From Octopus sinensis (lineage: Eukaryota), in assembly GCF_006345805.1 (NCBI RefSeq), contig NC_043010.1, positions 1,054,001-1,118,000 of the forward strand: DNA of 64,000 nucleotides. Direction: 5' to 3'. The notes below the pieces were generated by a model. It was not told the origin of the DNA. It made no database searches and saw nothing but the letters and a program-made list of their open reading frames with translations. The position numbers and the translations under genes are program-made. Below, piece by piece: positions 14,083-26,484 of the stretch (within the stretch, counting starts at the first letter, position 1; each line of letters opens with the position of its first letter).

Positions 14083-15203
14083 CATAGCTTCCTTATGTAG
14101 AGCTTGTTTGACGGCATGGGCACACACCACACACACACACACATATACATGCATACATATGAACACAACCATACATGCTTTATATATATATGTTCATATA
14201 CATATATATATATGTATATGTGTGGCTGTTCAGTAATAAATTGTCAACCCTCATACATTGCCTAACAGCAGGAGTCCATGTCTCTCTCTTTCTCTTTCTC
14301 TCTCTCCTCTCTCACACACACACACGTTTTTATAAACACATGTACATACCCGCAAACGTACATACATATACATATACATGTACACATACAAACACATACA
14401 TATAATCTCTATACCTATGCACCATGTAGAGATGAATTGTAAATAATTTATCAGTGTATATTTAATAAACATATATTTAATATATTTGATAAACATATAT
14501 TTCATCAAAATGTGCAAATATCCCCCTTGGTAACCCTTGTGGAATGAACTGCAGAACAACTTCACTAGTTTTGCCAGGTTATTGCCAGCTCATCAGGAGA
14601 GTTGCTTTATTTATTCCAGAGAATGAGAGAGAGAGAGAGAGAGAGAGAGCAGAAAGAGTGACAAAGAGACAGAAAGGAGAGAGGGGCAGAGAGAGAGAGG
14701 AGAGGAAAAGAGAGAGAAATGGACAGAAAGAGGGGCAGAGAGAGAGAGAGAGAAGACAGAAAGAGAGAAAGAGAGACAAATGGAAAGAGAGAGAGAGAGA
14801 GAGAGTAACTAACAATGGTTTATGAAAAATCTAATCATTAAGAGACTGTGATTTTGTTCGTTAGCAAATCAGTGTAGTTACCAGCATCTTCGTCATTTTT
14901 GTTAACATATTTCTTGTTAACATGGCTGTGTTTAAATTAATATTCTAAAGACACAGTTAAGAATCTCACTTTGGCACCACATGGTTTCAGGTTCAATTCC
15001 AATGCATGGCATCTTATGTAAGTCTTGTCTGCTATAGCCCTAGGCTGAACCAGTGTTTAACTGGTACTTACTTTGTCAATCTCAGAAGGATGAAAGGCAA
15101 AGTCGACCTGGGCGGAATTTGAACACAGAACATGACAGATGAAATGCTAACGATTTTGCCAGATTGCTGCCTTTGTTTTGTCATAAATATTAAGCTGGAA
15201 TAA

Positions 15204-15420
15204 GGTAGTGAGCTGGCAGAATCATTGACATGTTGTAAAATTGCTTAGTGGCATTTCATTCATCTTTATGTCCTGAGTTCAGATTCTGTCGAGGTCAACT
15301 TTGCTTTTCATCCTTTCGGGGTCAAAAAAATAAGTACCAGTTAGGCACTGGGATCGATGTAATTGACTTACCACTCCAACCACCGAAATTGCTAGCCTTG
15401 TACCAAAATTTGAAACCAAT
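15204..15420 (+). mobile_element. SINE family B (alternative tail)
   Basis: gagctggcagaatc head and B central domain; an inverted B fragment lies at about 15050-15170. Confidence 0.75.
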
Positions 15421-15870
15421 ATTATCTTGGTATCTGGAACATAAAATATCCTGAAATTCTAATGGAAGGTTATAATTAAGAATATTTTAAAACAGGGAGT
15501 TTGTATCCTGGAACCACCAGAAGATTCAGGTGGGTTTGGTATCACAAAAGGTTAAGAAGTTAAACAAAAACAGACACACTGGCTAACACATCATTTAATC
15601 TACCCATCTTCACTTTTTCATGATTGCATGAGTCAGAAGAAATTTGTTAAGGCAGATTATTTTTTTTACAGCTGGATACCTTTCCAGTTGCCAACTCTCA
15701 CATGTTTCAAGCAAGGTAATATTTCCTACATGGAAGGCTAGAAGCAAACAACACATGTATGACCATGTTGCTTGTTTACAACTATTGCATGATGTAATGT
15801 CAAGACAAGGGTACACATAAAAATGCACACGCATATACACACATACATATATATTCTTTTCTTTTATTCT

Positions 15871-16252
15871 TTTATTTGTTTCAGTCATTTGACTGCAGCC
15901 ATGCTGGAGCACCGCCTTTAGTCCAGCAAATCGACCCCAGGACTTATTCTTTGTAAGCCTAGTACTTATTCTATTGGTCTCTTTTGCCGAACTGCTAAGT
16001 GACGGGGACGTAAACACACCAGCATTTGTTGTCAAGCGATGTTGGGGGGACAAACACAGACACACAACCATATACATACATACATATATACATACATACC
16101 TACATATATATATATATATATACAATGGGCTTCTTTCAGTTTCCATCTACCAAATCCACTCACAAGGCTTTGGTTGGCTCGAGGCTATAGTAGAAGACAC
16201 ATGCCCAAGGTGCCACACAGTGGGACTGAACCCAGAACCATGTGGTTGGTAA
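15871..16252 (-). mobile_element. SINE family A, near full length
   Basis: Aligns end to end with 19858-20242 and 33368-33742. Confidence 0.85.
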
Positions 16253-16757
16253 GTATACACACATATACATATATAGATACACACAGACATATTCATATAC
16301 ATACACACACACAAAGAATAAATACCAGGCTTTAAAAAAATGTACTGGTGTCAAATCATTCAACAAAAATTTCTTGAAGGCTCTGCCCCAGCATGACCAC
16401 AGTCAAAGGATTGAAAGAAATAAAAGGTAATCAATTCCTTTATCTACAGATGACTGAGACTTAAAAAACATAAGACTCTGGTTTGATTTCTTTCTTTTCT
16501 TTGTTTCTTTTTGTTATTCCCCCACCCCTTCTCTTTTCCCAATAAAGTACAATACATAATCGATACACATTCAATTGAACTAATTCTATAGCTCAATCAA
16601 TTTGTAGTAACTTCTGCTAATTGCATTGTAGATAATTGCATAATTTTTCAAAACACTGAACTCATTCAACATTCAATTTATGTAAAGTTGACATTGTAAT
16701 TGTAATAGGAACAAATAACATCAATTTCGTTTAATTGCATAATATTTCATAACAACA

Positions 16758-17207
16758 GGGTGGCAAGCTAGCAGAAACGTTAGCACGCTGGGCGAAATGC
16801 TTTGCGGTATTTCGTCTGCCGTTATGTTCTGGGTTCAAATTCCGCCGAGGTCGACTTTGCCTTTCATCCTTTCGGGTTCGATAAACTAAGTACCAGTTAT
16901 GCACTGAGGTTGATGTAATCGACTTAATCCGTTGTCTGTCCTTGTTGTCCCCTCTATGTTTAGCCCCTTGTGGGCAATAAAGAAATAAGAAACGTTAGCA
17001 TGATGGGCGAAATGCTTAGTGGTATTTTGTCTGTCTTTATGCTCTGAGTTCAAATTCCACTGAGGTCAACTTTACTTTCATCCTCTCAGGGTCAATTAAA
17101 TAAGTACTAGTTATGTACTGGGGTCGATGTAATCGAATTTATCCCTTTGTCTGTCCTTGACTGTCCCCTCTATGTTTACCCCCCCCCCTGTGAGCAATAA
17201 AGGAATA
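16758..17207 (+). mobile_element. SINE family B head-to-tail dimer
   Basis: Two consecutive copies with junction gcaataaagaaataa|gaaacgttagc at about 16988. Confidence 0.85.
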
Positions 17208-17288
17208 AATATTTTGTAACACTTTTGAGCAAACAATTGACAAACTAAGACTGTTTCTCATCTTTTCTGTCAATCTTTTATCTTTTGT

Positions 17289-17492
17289 CTTTTACTTGTT
17301 TCAGTCATTAGACTGCGGCCATGCTGGGGCACTGCCTTGAAGAAGTTTTAATCAAATGAATCAACCCCAGCACTTTTCTTTTTAAGCCTAGTACTTATTC
17401 TAGTGACCTCTTTTGCTGAACCACTAAGTTATGGGATGTAAACACACCAGCATCAGTTGTCAAGCTGTCTGGGGGACAAACACAAATGCAAA

Positions 17493-17529
<37 letters not shown>

Positions 17530-17695
17530 ATACATGACATGACAAGCTTCTTTCAGTTTCCTTCTACCGAATCCACTCCCAAGCCTTTGTCTGGTCCAAA
17601 GCTATAGTAGAAGACACTTGCCCATGGTGCCACACAGTGGAACTGAACCCAGAACCATGTGGTTGAGAGGTAAGTTGCTTACCACTCAGCTACAC
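17289..17695 (-). mobile_element. SINE family A
   Basis: Full head-body-tail match to the other A copies. Confidence 0.8.
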
Positions 17696-17790
17696 TGGCA
17701 TCCATGTCTGTTTACAAATAACTGATGCTAAAACTGTCAAATGTAGACAAGTTATTTTTACCATTTCAACATATTAACAACCATCAAAAC

Positions 17791-17828
<38 letters not shown>

Positions 17829-17986
17829 ATAAGTATATATATATATTATATATATATATCTATATATATATATATGTAGTTAAAGTTAATCCAAACATGA
17901 AAACACAAAGAGAAAACACAACAATGCGAGAACATGGAACAAGTATAGTGTTATTGGACGCTCAGAAAATGAAAGAAAGAAGGAGG

Positions 17987-18021
17987 ATTTAACGTTTTGA
18001 GTGGAGCTCTTCGTCAGAAAC
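17987..18021 (-). ncRNA. Decayed minimal hammerhead in pLTR-like repeat (about 17885-18090)
   Basis: Minus strand GUUU-CUGACGA-A-GAG(CUCCA)CUC-AAAA-CGU-U-AAAU: palindromic ACGU stem III and stem I are present, but G12 is mutated to A. Confidence 0.55.
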
Positions 18022-18164
18022 ATAGGAAAAAGAAAGATCCGAGGAAGAGAAGACGGAGGAAAAAAATTGCCAATGATACACACGTGGTCACATATACATG
18101 TATATGTATATATATGTGTGTGTGTGTATATATATATATATGCATGTGTATATATCATCATCAC

Positions 18165-18440
18165 ATCATCATCATCATCATTTAGTATCTGCGTTCCATG
18201 CTGGCATGGGTCAGATGGTTTGACTGGGACTAATAAACCAGAGAGATGCACCAGGTTCCAGTCTGCTTTGACATGGTTTGTACCCCTGGGTACTTTTCAT
18301 GTGTCATCAGCATGGGTACTCTTATGCGTCACTAGCACGGATGCTTTCACATACCATCAACTTGGGTGCTAGTTACATGACACCAACATCAGCTACAAGT
18401 ACAATTTTGCTTTGCTCGATGAATCTTCTCAAACACTATG
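18165..18440 (-). mobile_element. SINE/LINE-tail family E ending in (GAT)n
   Basis: Degenerate reverse complement of 43714-43949. Other pieces at about 1970, 22120, 28283, 44560, 45215 and 52215. Confidence 0.65.
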
Positions 18441-18844
18441 TATACATGAATATGATGGGTTTCTTTCTGCCCAAGGTGGTATGCAAAGGGACTGAACCCG
18501 AAACCATCTGGTTAGGAAGCAAACTTCATACCTGCACAACCTTCAATTATAGCAAAAATTTGTAAAATGAAAATTCTGAATCAAGTGATGAATGGCTGTT
18601 ATTTTATTGTTTTCGTTATCATTAACCTCTGATTAATCCAATTAAACTTTTCTTAACCTGCATGGCTCTTCTTGTTACGATTGACTAATTAAGTAATTAA
18701 AAGTGTTTCAAAGTCTTTGTCATGATGTATGAATCTCTAGTTAAATAATCAAGAATTTGGTAAGATTGAGTAAATTAACAAATTAACTCATTTTTCTATT
18801 AGTTATTGACATTTAAAATACGAAATAACAATAAATTCTGGGTA

Positions 18845-19253
18845 TGGATGTGTGATTAAGGAGTTTGCTTTGCAACCATGTGGTTTTAAGTTCAGTTCTA
18901 CTGCACAGCAACTTAGGCTAGTGTCTTCTACTATTGCCTTGGGCTGGCCAATGTTTTGTGAGTGAATTTAGAAGGTGGAAACTGTGTGGAAGCCCATCTT
19001 ATAAATGTATATGTGTGTGTTCATGTGTACACTTGTGTTCGTTGTTTCCTCCCCACTCTTGGCAACTTGTATTGGTTTGTTTATGTCCCTGCAACTCATT
19101 GGTTCAGCAAAACAGGCCTATATAGAATAAATACAAAACTTAAAAATAAAAAAAAGGAAAGAATAAAGAATACTGGGAGTCAGTCTGTTTGACTAAAACC
19201 TTCAAGAATGTGCCCCAGCATGGTCGCAGTCCAATGACGGAAACAAGTAAAAG
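18845..19253 (+). mobile_element. SINE family A
   Basis: tRNA-like head, A body and tail ending gaaacaagtaaaag. Confidence 0.75.
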
Positions 19254-19281
19254 GTATACAGAACAAAGGTAAAATTATTAA

Positions 19282-19725
19282 ACCTTTAGCATTTAAAGGG
19301 GCCATATCCAGTCCCAATATTCTACCTGTTCTATGTTCAAACAGTCGAGATCTGACTTCTTACACATACCCAGCAACATAATTCCAGAAATATTCAATCA
19401 GATTAAGGCGGTGAACTGGCAAAAACGTTCGTAAACCGGGCGAAATGCTTAACGGTATTTCATCTGTCTTCGTGTTCTGAGTTCGACTTTGCCTTTCATC
19501 CTTTTGGTGTGGATAGATTAAGTACCAGTTGCGTACTAGGGTAGATCTAAGCGACTGCCCCCCCCCCACCATCCCCACCAAAGATATCGGGCCTTGTGCC
19601 CAGAGTAGAAAAGAATATACAATCACATCATTGAAATCTCAAAGCAAAGAGATATGCTTAATTATTTTTAAATGATGTAAATAAATAAATATTAAATTTG
19701 ATAGATTAATCTAAATGCTAAAGGA
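19282..19725. mobile_element. piggyBac-like MITE with nested SINE B (19407-19616)
   Basis: TTAA at 19278-19281 and 19726-19729; 14-bp imperfect TIR (a/t)cctttagcattta. Confidence 0.65.
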
Positions 19726-19746
19726 TTAAGAATACTACTAATTCAA

Positions 19747-20055
19747 ACCTTTAGAATTCAGATTATCCTATCAAAATTAATGCTTTTTTTATTCACATTG
19801 TTTTAAATTAATCATGAATTATCTTGTAAGTATGAGATTTTGATAACTCTTTTACACTTTTACTTGCTTCAGTCATTTGACTGCAGCCATGCTGGAGCAC
19901 CACCTTTGGTCAAGCAAATCGACCCCAGAACTTGTTCTTTGTAAGTCTAGTACTTATTCTATCAGTCTCTTTTGCTGAACTGCTAAGTTACGGGGACGTA
20001 AACACACCAGCATCGGTTATAAAGCAATGTTAGAGGGACAAACACACAAACACAC

Positions 20056-20086
<31 letters not shown>

Positions 20087-20361
20087 CGAAGGGCTTCTTT
20101 CAGTTTCCGTCTACCAAATCCACTCACAAGGCTTTGGTCAGCCTGAGGCTATAGTAGAAGACACTTGCCCAAGGTGCCATGCAGTGGGACTGAACCCAGA
20201 ACCATGTGGTTGGTAAGCAAGCTACTTACCACACAGCCACTCCTACTATTAATTTTTAGAATGATATTGCAGGGCTGGTGTGTGAAGCCAAATCTGGCCT
20301 CTTTGAGCATAAAACAATCAGAATATTTTGGCCAGATATGGCTTGTATAAATGGTAAAGGA
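19747..20361. mobile_element. Second piggyBac-like MITE, inverted relative to the first, with nested SINE A (19858-20242)
   Basis: Its right 100 bp match the reverse complement of 19282-19370; TTAA at 20362-20365; the left TSD is degenerate. Confidence 0.55.
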
Positions 20362-20764
20362 TTAAACGTAAGCATTTTAAAACAAACTGGTTTTACCTAG
20401 TGAAAGGGGAAAGAAGTGAAAGCAGGAACTAAAAGACTATCATCACTAAGATAATAATTAAGATGTGAATATGACTCACAATGAGTAGTTCTTAATGGAG
20501 TCTTTGTGGAGTATGAATGGTATTTAGTCTATTAGTTATATTTGCTGAACTGCTAAGTTACTTGGATGTAAACAAACCGAGACCTGTTGTCAGTGGATGG
20601 TGGGGTACAAACATGAAGACAGACACGCACACATATGAATAGATAGATAGATAAATAGATAGATAGATAGATAGACAGACAGATAGATAGATAAACAGAC
20701 ATATCAATAGATAGAGAGACAGATAAATAATAAGACATAAATAGATAAACAGATAGAGAGATAG

Positions 20765-20806
<42 letters not shown>

Positions 20807-20807
<1 letters not shown>

Positions 20808-21100
20808 GAGGCGCAATGGCCCAGTGGTTAGGGCAGTGAACTCACAGTCGTCGGATCGCGGTTTTGATTCCCAGACTGGGCATTGTGAGTATTTATTGAG
20901 CGAAAAAAAGCTCCACGATGCTCCGACAGTGGGGGGTCCCTGCTGTACTCTTTCGCCACAACTTTCTCTCACTCTTTCTTCTGTTGGCCTGCTCGCTTAG
21001 CCAGCAGGGTGGCGTCATTTGAAGGCTAAAAAACAATGCAAAGCGCATTGTGACCAGCGATGTGTAGCAACATCTGATAGCCTGGTTGATCAAGGTGATA
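20807..21100 (+). mobile_element. SINE family C, full length (tRNA-derived)
   Basis: ggaggcgcaatggcccagtggttaggg A box, ggttttgattccc B box; (TA)n on both sides. Confidence 0.85.
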
Positions 21101-21160
21101 TATATTATATATATATATATATATAATATATAGGTATGTAGATAGGTAGATAGATAGATT

Positions 21161-21218
<58 letters not shown>

Positions 21219-23099
21219 GATAGATAGATAGACAGAGAGAAAGAGAGAGAGAAAGAGGCAAAAAGATAGATACACAGACAGACACACACACAAGTAGAGA
21301 ATCAGACAAATAGACAGACAGACAGAGTGGTATAGAGAGATCGGCAGCCATCAAGCAAATTGCCTCACAAGGCATTGGTCTGCCTCGGTCTATGGTAGAA
21401 AATGTCCAAATTACCCTGCAGTCGGTTTGAAGCTGTAACAACGTAGCTCTAAAGCAAGTTTCTCACCCATACAGCAACACCCAACTCGCAATAAGAGCAC
21501 CTCTATCAATTTTCTATTACAAATTGATGTTTATAATGTCATACCATCAACATTAAAACTCTCAGCAGTTTATTCATAAAAATAAAAGAAAAATATTATT
21601 TACCAAAAGCAAGAAGCAAAGAAAAATTAGTTGTATTCAGTCATCTGGAACCATGACTATTTTTAAAATATTGCACTCAATAAATACAAGAGAATTGGAC
21701 CGTGAAGGAGAATGTAAGGTCCGATTCATAATGAGGTTTATTGTAAACGTATCTCCCCATCTATCTCTTTTATCAATGAATTATAGTTTGTTTCTATATT
21801 CTTCATATATATATTTTTAATATATATATATATATACACATACATACATATATACACGTACATACATATCTACACACACATATATATACAACATCATCAT
21901 CATCATCGTCGTTTAACGTCATACATATATACTTATATATACACACATTTATATATAGATACATATATACCCACACACACGTTTATTCATATTTACACAT
22001 ACACACACATGTACATATATTATACATACACATTTAGGTTTACATATATACACACACACAAAAATATATATATATATAGCTGAGCAAATACATATGCACA
22101 TATGTATATACATGTGTTGTGTGTGTGTGGAGGAAGTCGGAGCTCTAATATCACCAGTAGCAAAGTTTTTGTCTATTTTTGTATGTCTGCATGGGTTGGA
22201 AGAGTCTGTTTTCAAGCAAAGCATCTCACCACTTAGCCTGGCGCCTTGTCATCACCTTTGTGAGTTTCAGCCTCTTTAGATCAGCTTAAATAAATAAATA
22301 TATCGACAAACATGCAACCACAAATATGTATATACGTACATGAAAATGTAGATACATTATGAAGTCTATGTGTGTGTGTATATATGTATATGTATATATA
22401 TACTATATAAATATAGATATATATATAATATATTTATATATATACATATATATACATATATATAATATATATACATATACACACGCATACACACACCCAC
22501 ACTCATGCACATACACATTTATATATACATATACATACAGTAATACCCCACTTCACAAGGACTCATTTTATTTTCAAGCACAAGATCCAAATTTTGAACA
22601 AAGTGCAAATGTTCCAACCTACCATAACAAATAAATGCTTCTGTATGTTATTGAGAAATTTATAGAGAGCGCAAAAAGTCTTCTTCTGACCAAACAACTG
22701 TATACTTGTTTTATAAAAAGAAATCTACAGGTCTGTCTACAAGTGCTTGTAAATTGGTGATCATGTGTGTATACAAGTGATGAAGTGTGGGAATCTTGTG
22801 TGAGTAAATGTGATTCAGAAAATGTTAATAATTATAATATTTTTTTTATTGTAATTGATCTTGCATTGATATTCTTTTTACTTTACATAAAATATTCTTT
22901 ATATTCTATTTTTCTTTCATTGCCATTTATTTTATGAGTCCAATAAATTTTATAGGTAAAATATTTTCATATTTTACATGCAACACACTTGTGTGTTAAT
23001 GCAATGCATCCCATACAACAGAATAAAATCAAGTGTCTGATGTGTTGGCAGCTAAATTTGGCTTATAACTATGCAAGAAACAAATATGAACTAATAGAC

Positions 23100-23467
23100 A
23101 ATGTATCAAAGAATATCAGAATTGTTTTCATCAACAATATGAGTTCTATATTTAAGAGATGAAGGATCTTGTACATTATTTACGTTATTAACAATTGACG
23201 GATATTTGTTCTCATCTTGTTTGTTGTTAACACAATATTTCGGCTGATATACCCTCCAGCCTTTTTCAGGTGTCTTGGGGAAATTTCGAACCCGGGTTCT
23301 CATTTCTAAGGTATTTTTCGATGTTATTATTGTTATTATTATTGTTGTTGTTGTTGTTATAGTTCAGGTCACTGCTTGGAATCGAACTCGGAATCTTAAG
23401 GTGCCCTTAACCACTACGCCCACGGATGAGGACAAATATCCATTCGAATGTAAATAATGTAAATAAT
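23100..23467 (-). mobile_element. tRNA-headed, hammerhead-containing retroposon with inverted 5' duplication
   Basis: Minus strand: A box gggcgtagtgg (23411-23421), B box gagttcgattcc (23378-23389), (AAC/AAT)n linker, HHR 23229-23274 and tail. 23425-23467 is an inverted copy of 23175-23216. Confidence 0.65.
23229..23274 (-). ncRNA. Minimal type I hammerhead motif, G8 mutated
   Basis: GACAC-CUGAAAA-A-GGCUG(GAGGGUAUAU)CAGCC-GAAA-UAU-U-GUGUU: 5-bp stem I, 5-bp stem II, AUAU palindrome. Confidence 0.6.
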
Positions 23468-24340
23468 GAATATGAGTTTTGTTACTGATTTAGGTCTTAA
23501 TATTTATTAATATTTAGCCATATTAACAGATTAGGCAACAGTGATAGATATCTACTCATTCTGAAAGACAGATGCAGAGGTAGAATATTAGAATAGACAA
23601 TATGGAATGAATTAAATCAAAATTTACTAACAAACAGCCATAAACTGAAACTTGTTGCTGGATAATTTTTTTTCTAATTGAACTGAGAAGTGACAAGTTT
23701 CAGATTTTAAAAATGTGAGATATGTATGTTATCACATTGTGATGGGTGATATGTGTTATTATATCGGTAAACCAGTAGCCAAACTCCATAACTCTTCACA
23801 AAGAAAAAGAAAAGATCTGCGTGTGTCCAGCTCACAGCAGCAGTTCAGTGTAGCTTGGTTTGATAATATTTTGTATTATATTATATTATATTATATTATA
23901 TTATATTATATTCATGTTTGTTTTTGCGTTCAGTTATAATGAAATCAATCTTACATCAATCCGATGGGCAACTCTATACTTATGTTGAGTACAAATTCAT
24001 ACTTCCTAAACAAGAAGGTTGTTGACAGTGATTTCAAAGTTTCAGCCAGCTAAACCATCATCGGATATAAATGCAAAATGGATGTTATTATTGTAAAACA
24101 CGTTTAAAAATAACATTTCAACATCTACAAATGGAGATAATCAATATGGATTGCCGAGTGAAATGTACTGTAAAATTTGTGTTGACAAGGAACAAATTTC
24201 ATCTGATGGTTTATTCAACTGGTGGTTAAATGATGTTTGGTAAAATCTTCCAGTAAACTGGGAGCTTTTAATAATTGTAATTATATACATACTGATGTAT
24301 ATATATATATAAATATATATACTGATGCATATATATGTAT

Positions 24341-24379
<39 letters not shown>

Positions 24380-24648
24380 CAAACTGGGACCAGAATGCAA
24401 AACATTTAGAAGACGATACAAAATACACGGAGGGGACCTTCGAAGCCTTCAATCTTCAGTCAAGAACCGGATCATCCTCGCAATTTCGGCTGATTAATCT
24501 TGAGATTGCTCCAGTCTGGCCAGCCCCAAGGAAAAACTAAGCTAAGCACATTAGATTCCTTGGAAAAAAGCTTCGAATGTATACAAAACAAGGACGAAAA
24601 AACGGACGATGTTACACGAATATGAAGAAAAGATATATACATATACAC

Positions 24649-24720
<72 letters not shown>

Positions 24721-24725
24721 TACAC

Positions 24726-25047
24726 ACAATTGCTGCATGGAAAGTGTTTATAAGCCATTTAAAAACTCACAAAAACCGTTAGATACACTGCAACATTTAA
24801 ATTCAATCTGCCAAAATATTTTCGTCACTTTCAGACTGTGACCTGGTCACTGACAAAATTCCGTGCTGCATGGAGTTTCGTCAAAGTGATGAAAATATTT
24901 TGGCAAATTAAATTTAAATGTTGAAGTATATCTAACGGTTTTTGTGTGTTTTTCAATGCCTTATGAACACGTTCCATGCTGCAACTGTTTTTGTTTCAGT
25001 ACACGTTCTTAGATCAGGTCACTTGCTATGCAAGTACATCTCCGTAA
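24726..25047 (+). mobile_element. Twin-hammerhead fold-back element
   Basis: About 105-bp inverted arms 24726-24831 and 24883-24988, with pairing continuing toward the centre. The plus arm has an about 20-nt deletion through the HHR core and runs on to (TA)n at about 25047. Confidence 0.7.
24807..24857 (-). ncRNA. Hammerhead motif with compensatory G3:C8 core
   Basis: UUUGUCA-GUGACCA-G-GUCAC(AGUCUGAAA)GUGAC-GAAA-AUAU-U-U-UGGCAGA: 7-bp stem I, 5-bp stem II, AAUAUU palindrome, UUU site. Confidence 0.65.
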
Positions 25048-25591
25048 TATATATATATATACATATATATAGTTAATCCAAGAAAAGCGAGGAAAAACGC
25101 AAGCAATAACAATGTGAGGATGTGGTACATGCAAATTATTAGCAGACGCCCAGGGAAGGAAAGAAAGTAGTGTTGTGTTTTGAGCAAAGTTTTTCATAAG
25201 AAACAGGTGACAGGAGGAAAGCCCAAGAGAAAAGGAAAATTGGCAATGATCCACATGTGGTTACACACACACATATATATATATATATAAACACACACAT
25301 ATATATATTCATATATATATATAAACTTATACATGTATATATTTACAATACATATAGATATATAGACATATATACATATATATACATACATATAAATATA
25401 TATACATATAGATATATATATACATATAAACATATATACATACATATACATATGTATACATATAGACTTATATATATATATATATATAATTATATACATA
25501 TACATAGCGGTGGTGCCCCAGCATGGCCGCAGCCTTCGGGCTGAAACATTTTTAAGGATTTAAGGATACATATATATATGTATACATATAG

Positions 25592-25624
<33 letters not shown>

Positions 25625-25735
25625 ATACATACATACATATATACATAATATATATATACGTATATATACATACATATACATACATATATATATATACATA
25701 CATATATATACATAAATATAGATACATGCATATAT

Positions 25736-25767
<32 letters not shown>

Positions 25768-26235
25768 GAAGATCATCATCATCATCATCGTCGTTTAACG
25801 TCCGTTATATAATAAAAATGCAGGGTACGATATGTATGTGTTTGCTTGAAAGAGGAATTAAAACACTCCAAAACCATGAATCTCTTACTATAAATAAAAA
25901 TACAGAGAGAATATAGCAAACATATATGTCTCTGGAACAGGAGAAATATAAAATATATATATACATATATTATATTGTATATGTATATTATTATATCTAT
26001 ATATATATAATATATATATATATTACATTATATATAATATATATTATATATATATATATATATACAGAAGACATAATATATATATATGCATATATATATT
26101 ATATATAAATATATATATATATACATATATATTATATATATACAAAAGACATATATATTGCATATATATACGAAAGACATATATATGCATATATATATAT
26201 ATCTATATACAAAAGACATATATATGCACATATAT

Positions 26236-26452
26236 GGTGATAATAATATGACAACAGAAGAATGAATGAGACCTCGGTATTATGTAAAATAGAGGAATTA
26301 ATCTATAAATATCCTGTAACAATTAGTCGGTTGTCATAATACAACTCAGAGTTTCGGATGCTGGGTCTCAAGTCTGCTCCAACATCTCATCAGTTATTCT
26401 GATGTGATGCTGGAACAGACTTCAGCCCTGGAATAACAACAGACTAATTGTC

Positions 26453-26454
<2 letters not shown>
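26236..26454 (-). mobile_element. Twin-hammerhead fold-back element
   Basis: Centre catcag-ttatt-ctgatg; 26316-26338 is inverted at 26433-26454; the plus copy is internally deleted; (TA)n on both flanks. Confidence 0.65.
26338..26398 (-). ncRNA. Type I hammerhead motif
   Basis: AAUAA-CUGAUGA-GAUGUUGG(14 nt)CCAGCAUC-C-GAAA-CUCUGAG-U-U-GUAUU: intact core and 8-bp stem II; the first stem I pair is mismatched. Confidence 0.65.

Positions 26455-26484
<30 letters not shown>

Noticed and set aside
24370-24640. HHR-like pieces (GGCUG..CAGCC-GAAA; CUGAAGA..GAAG-GUC) on the minus strand
   Set aside because: Core and helices never co-occur in the right order.
24726-24988. Initial reading of this and 55397-55816 as ordinary MITEs
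   Set aside because: There is no TSD, one arm continues as a tail, and the arms contain hammerhead architecture.
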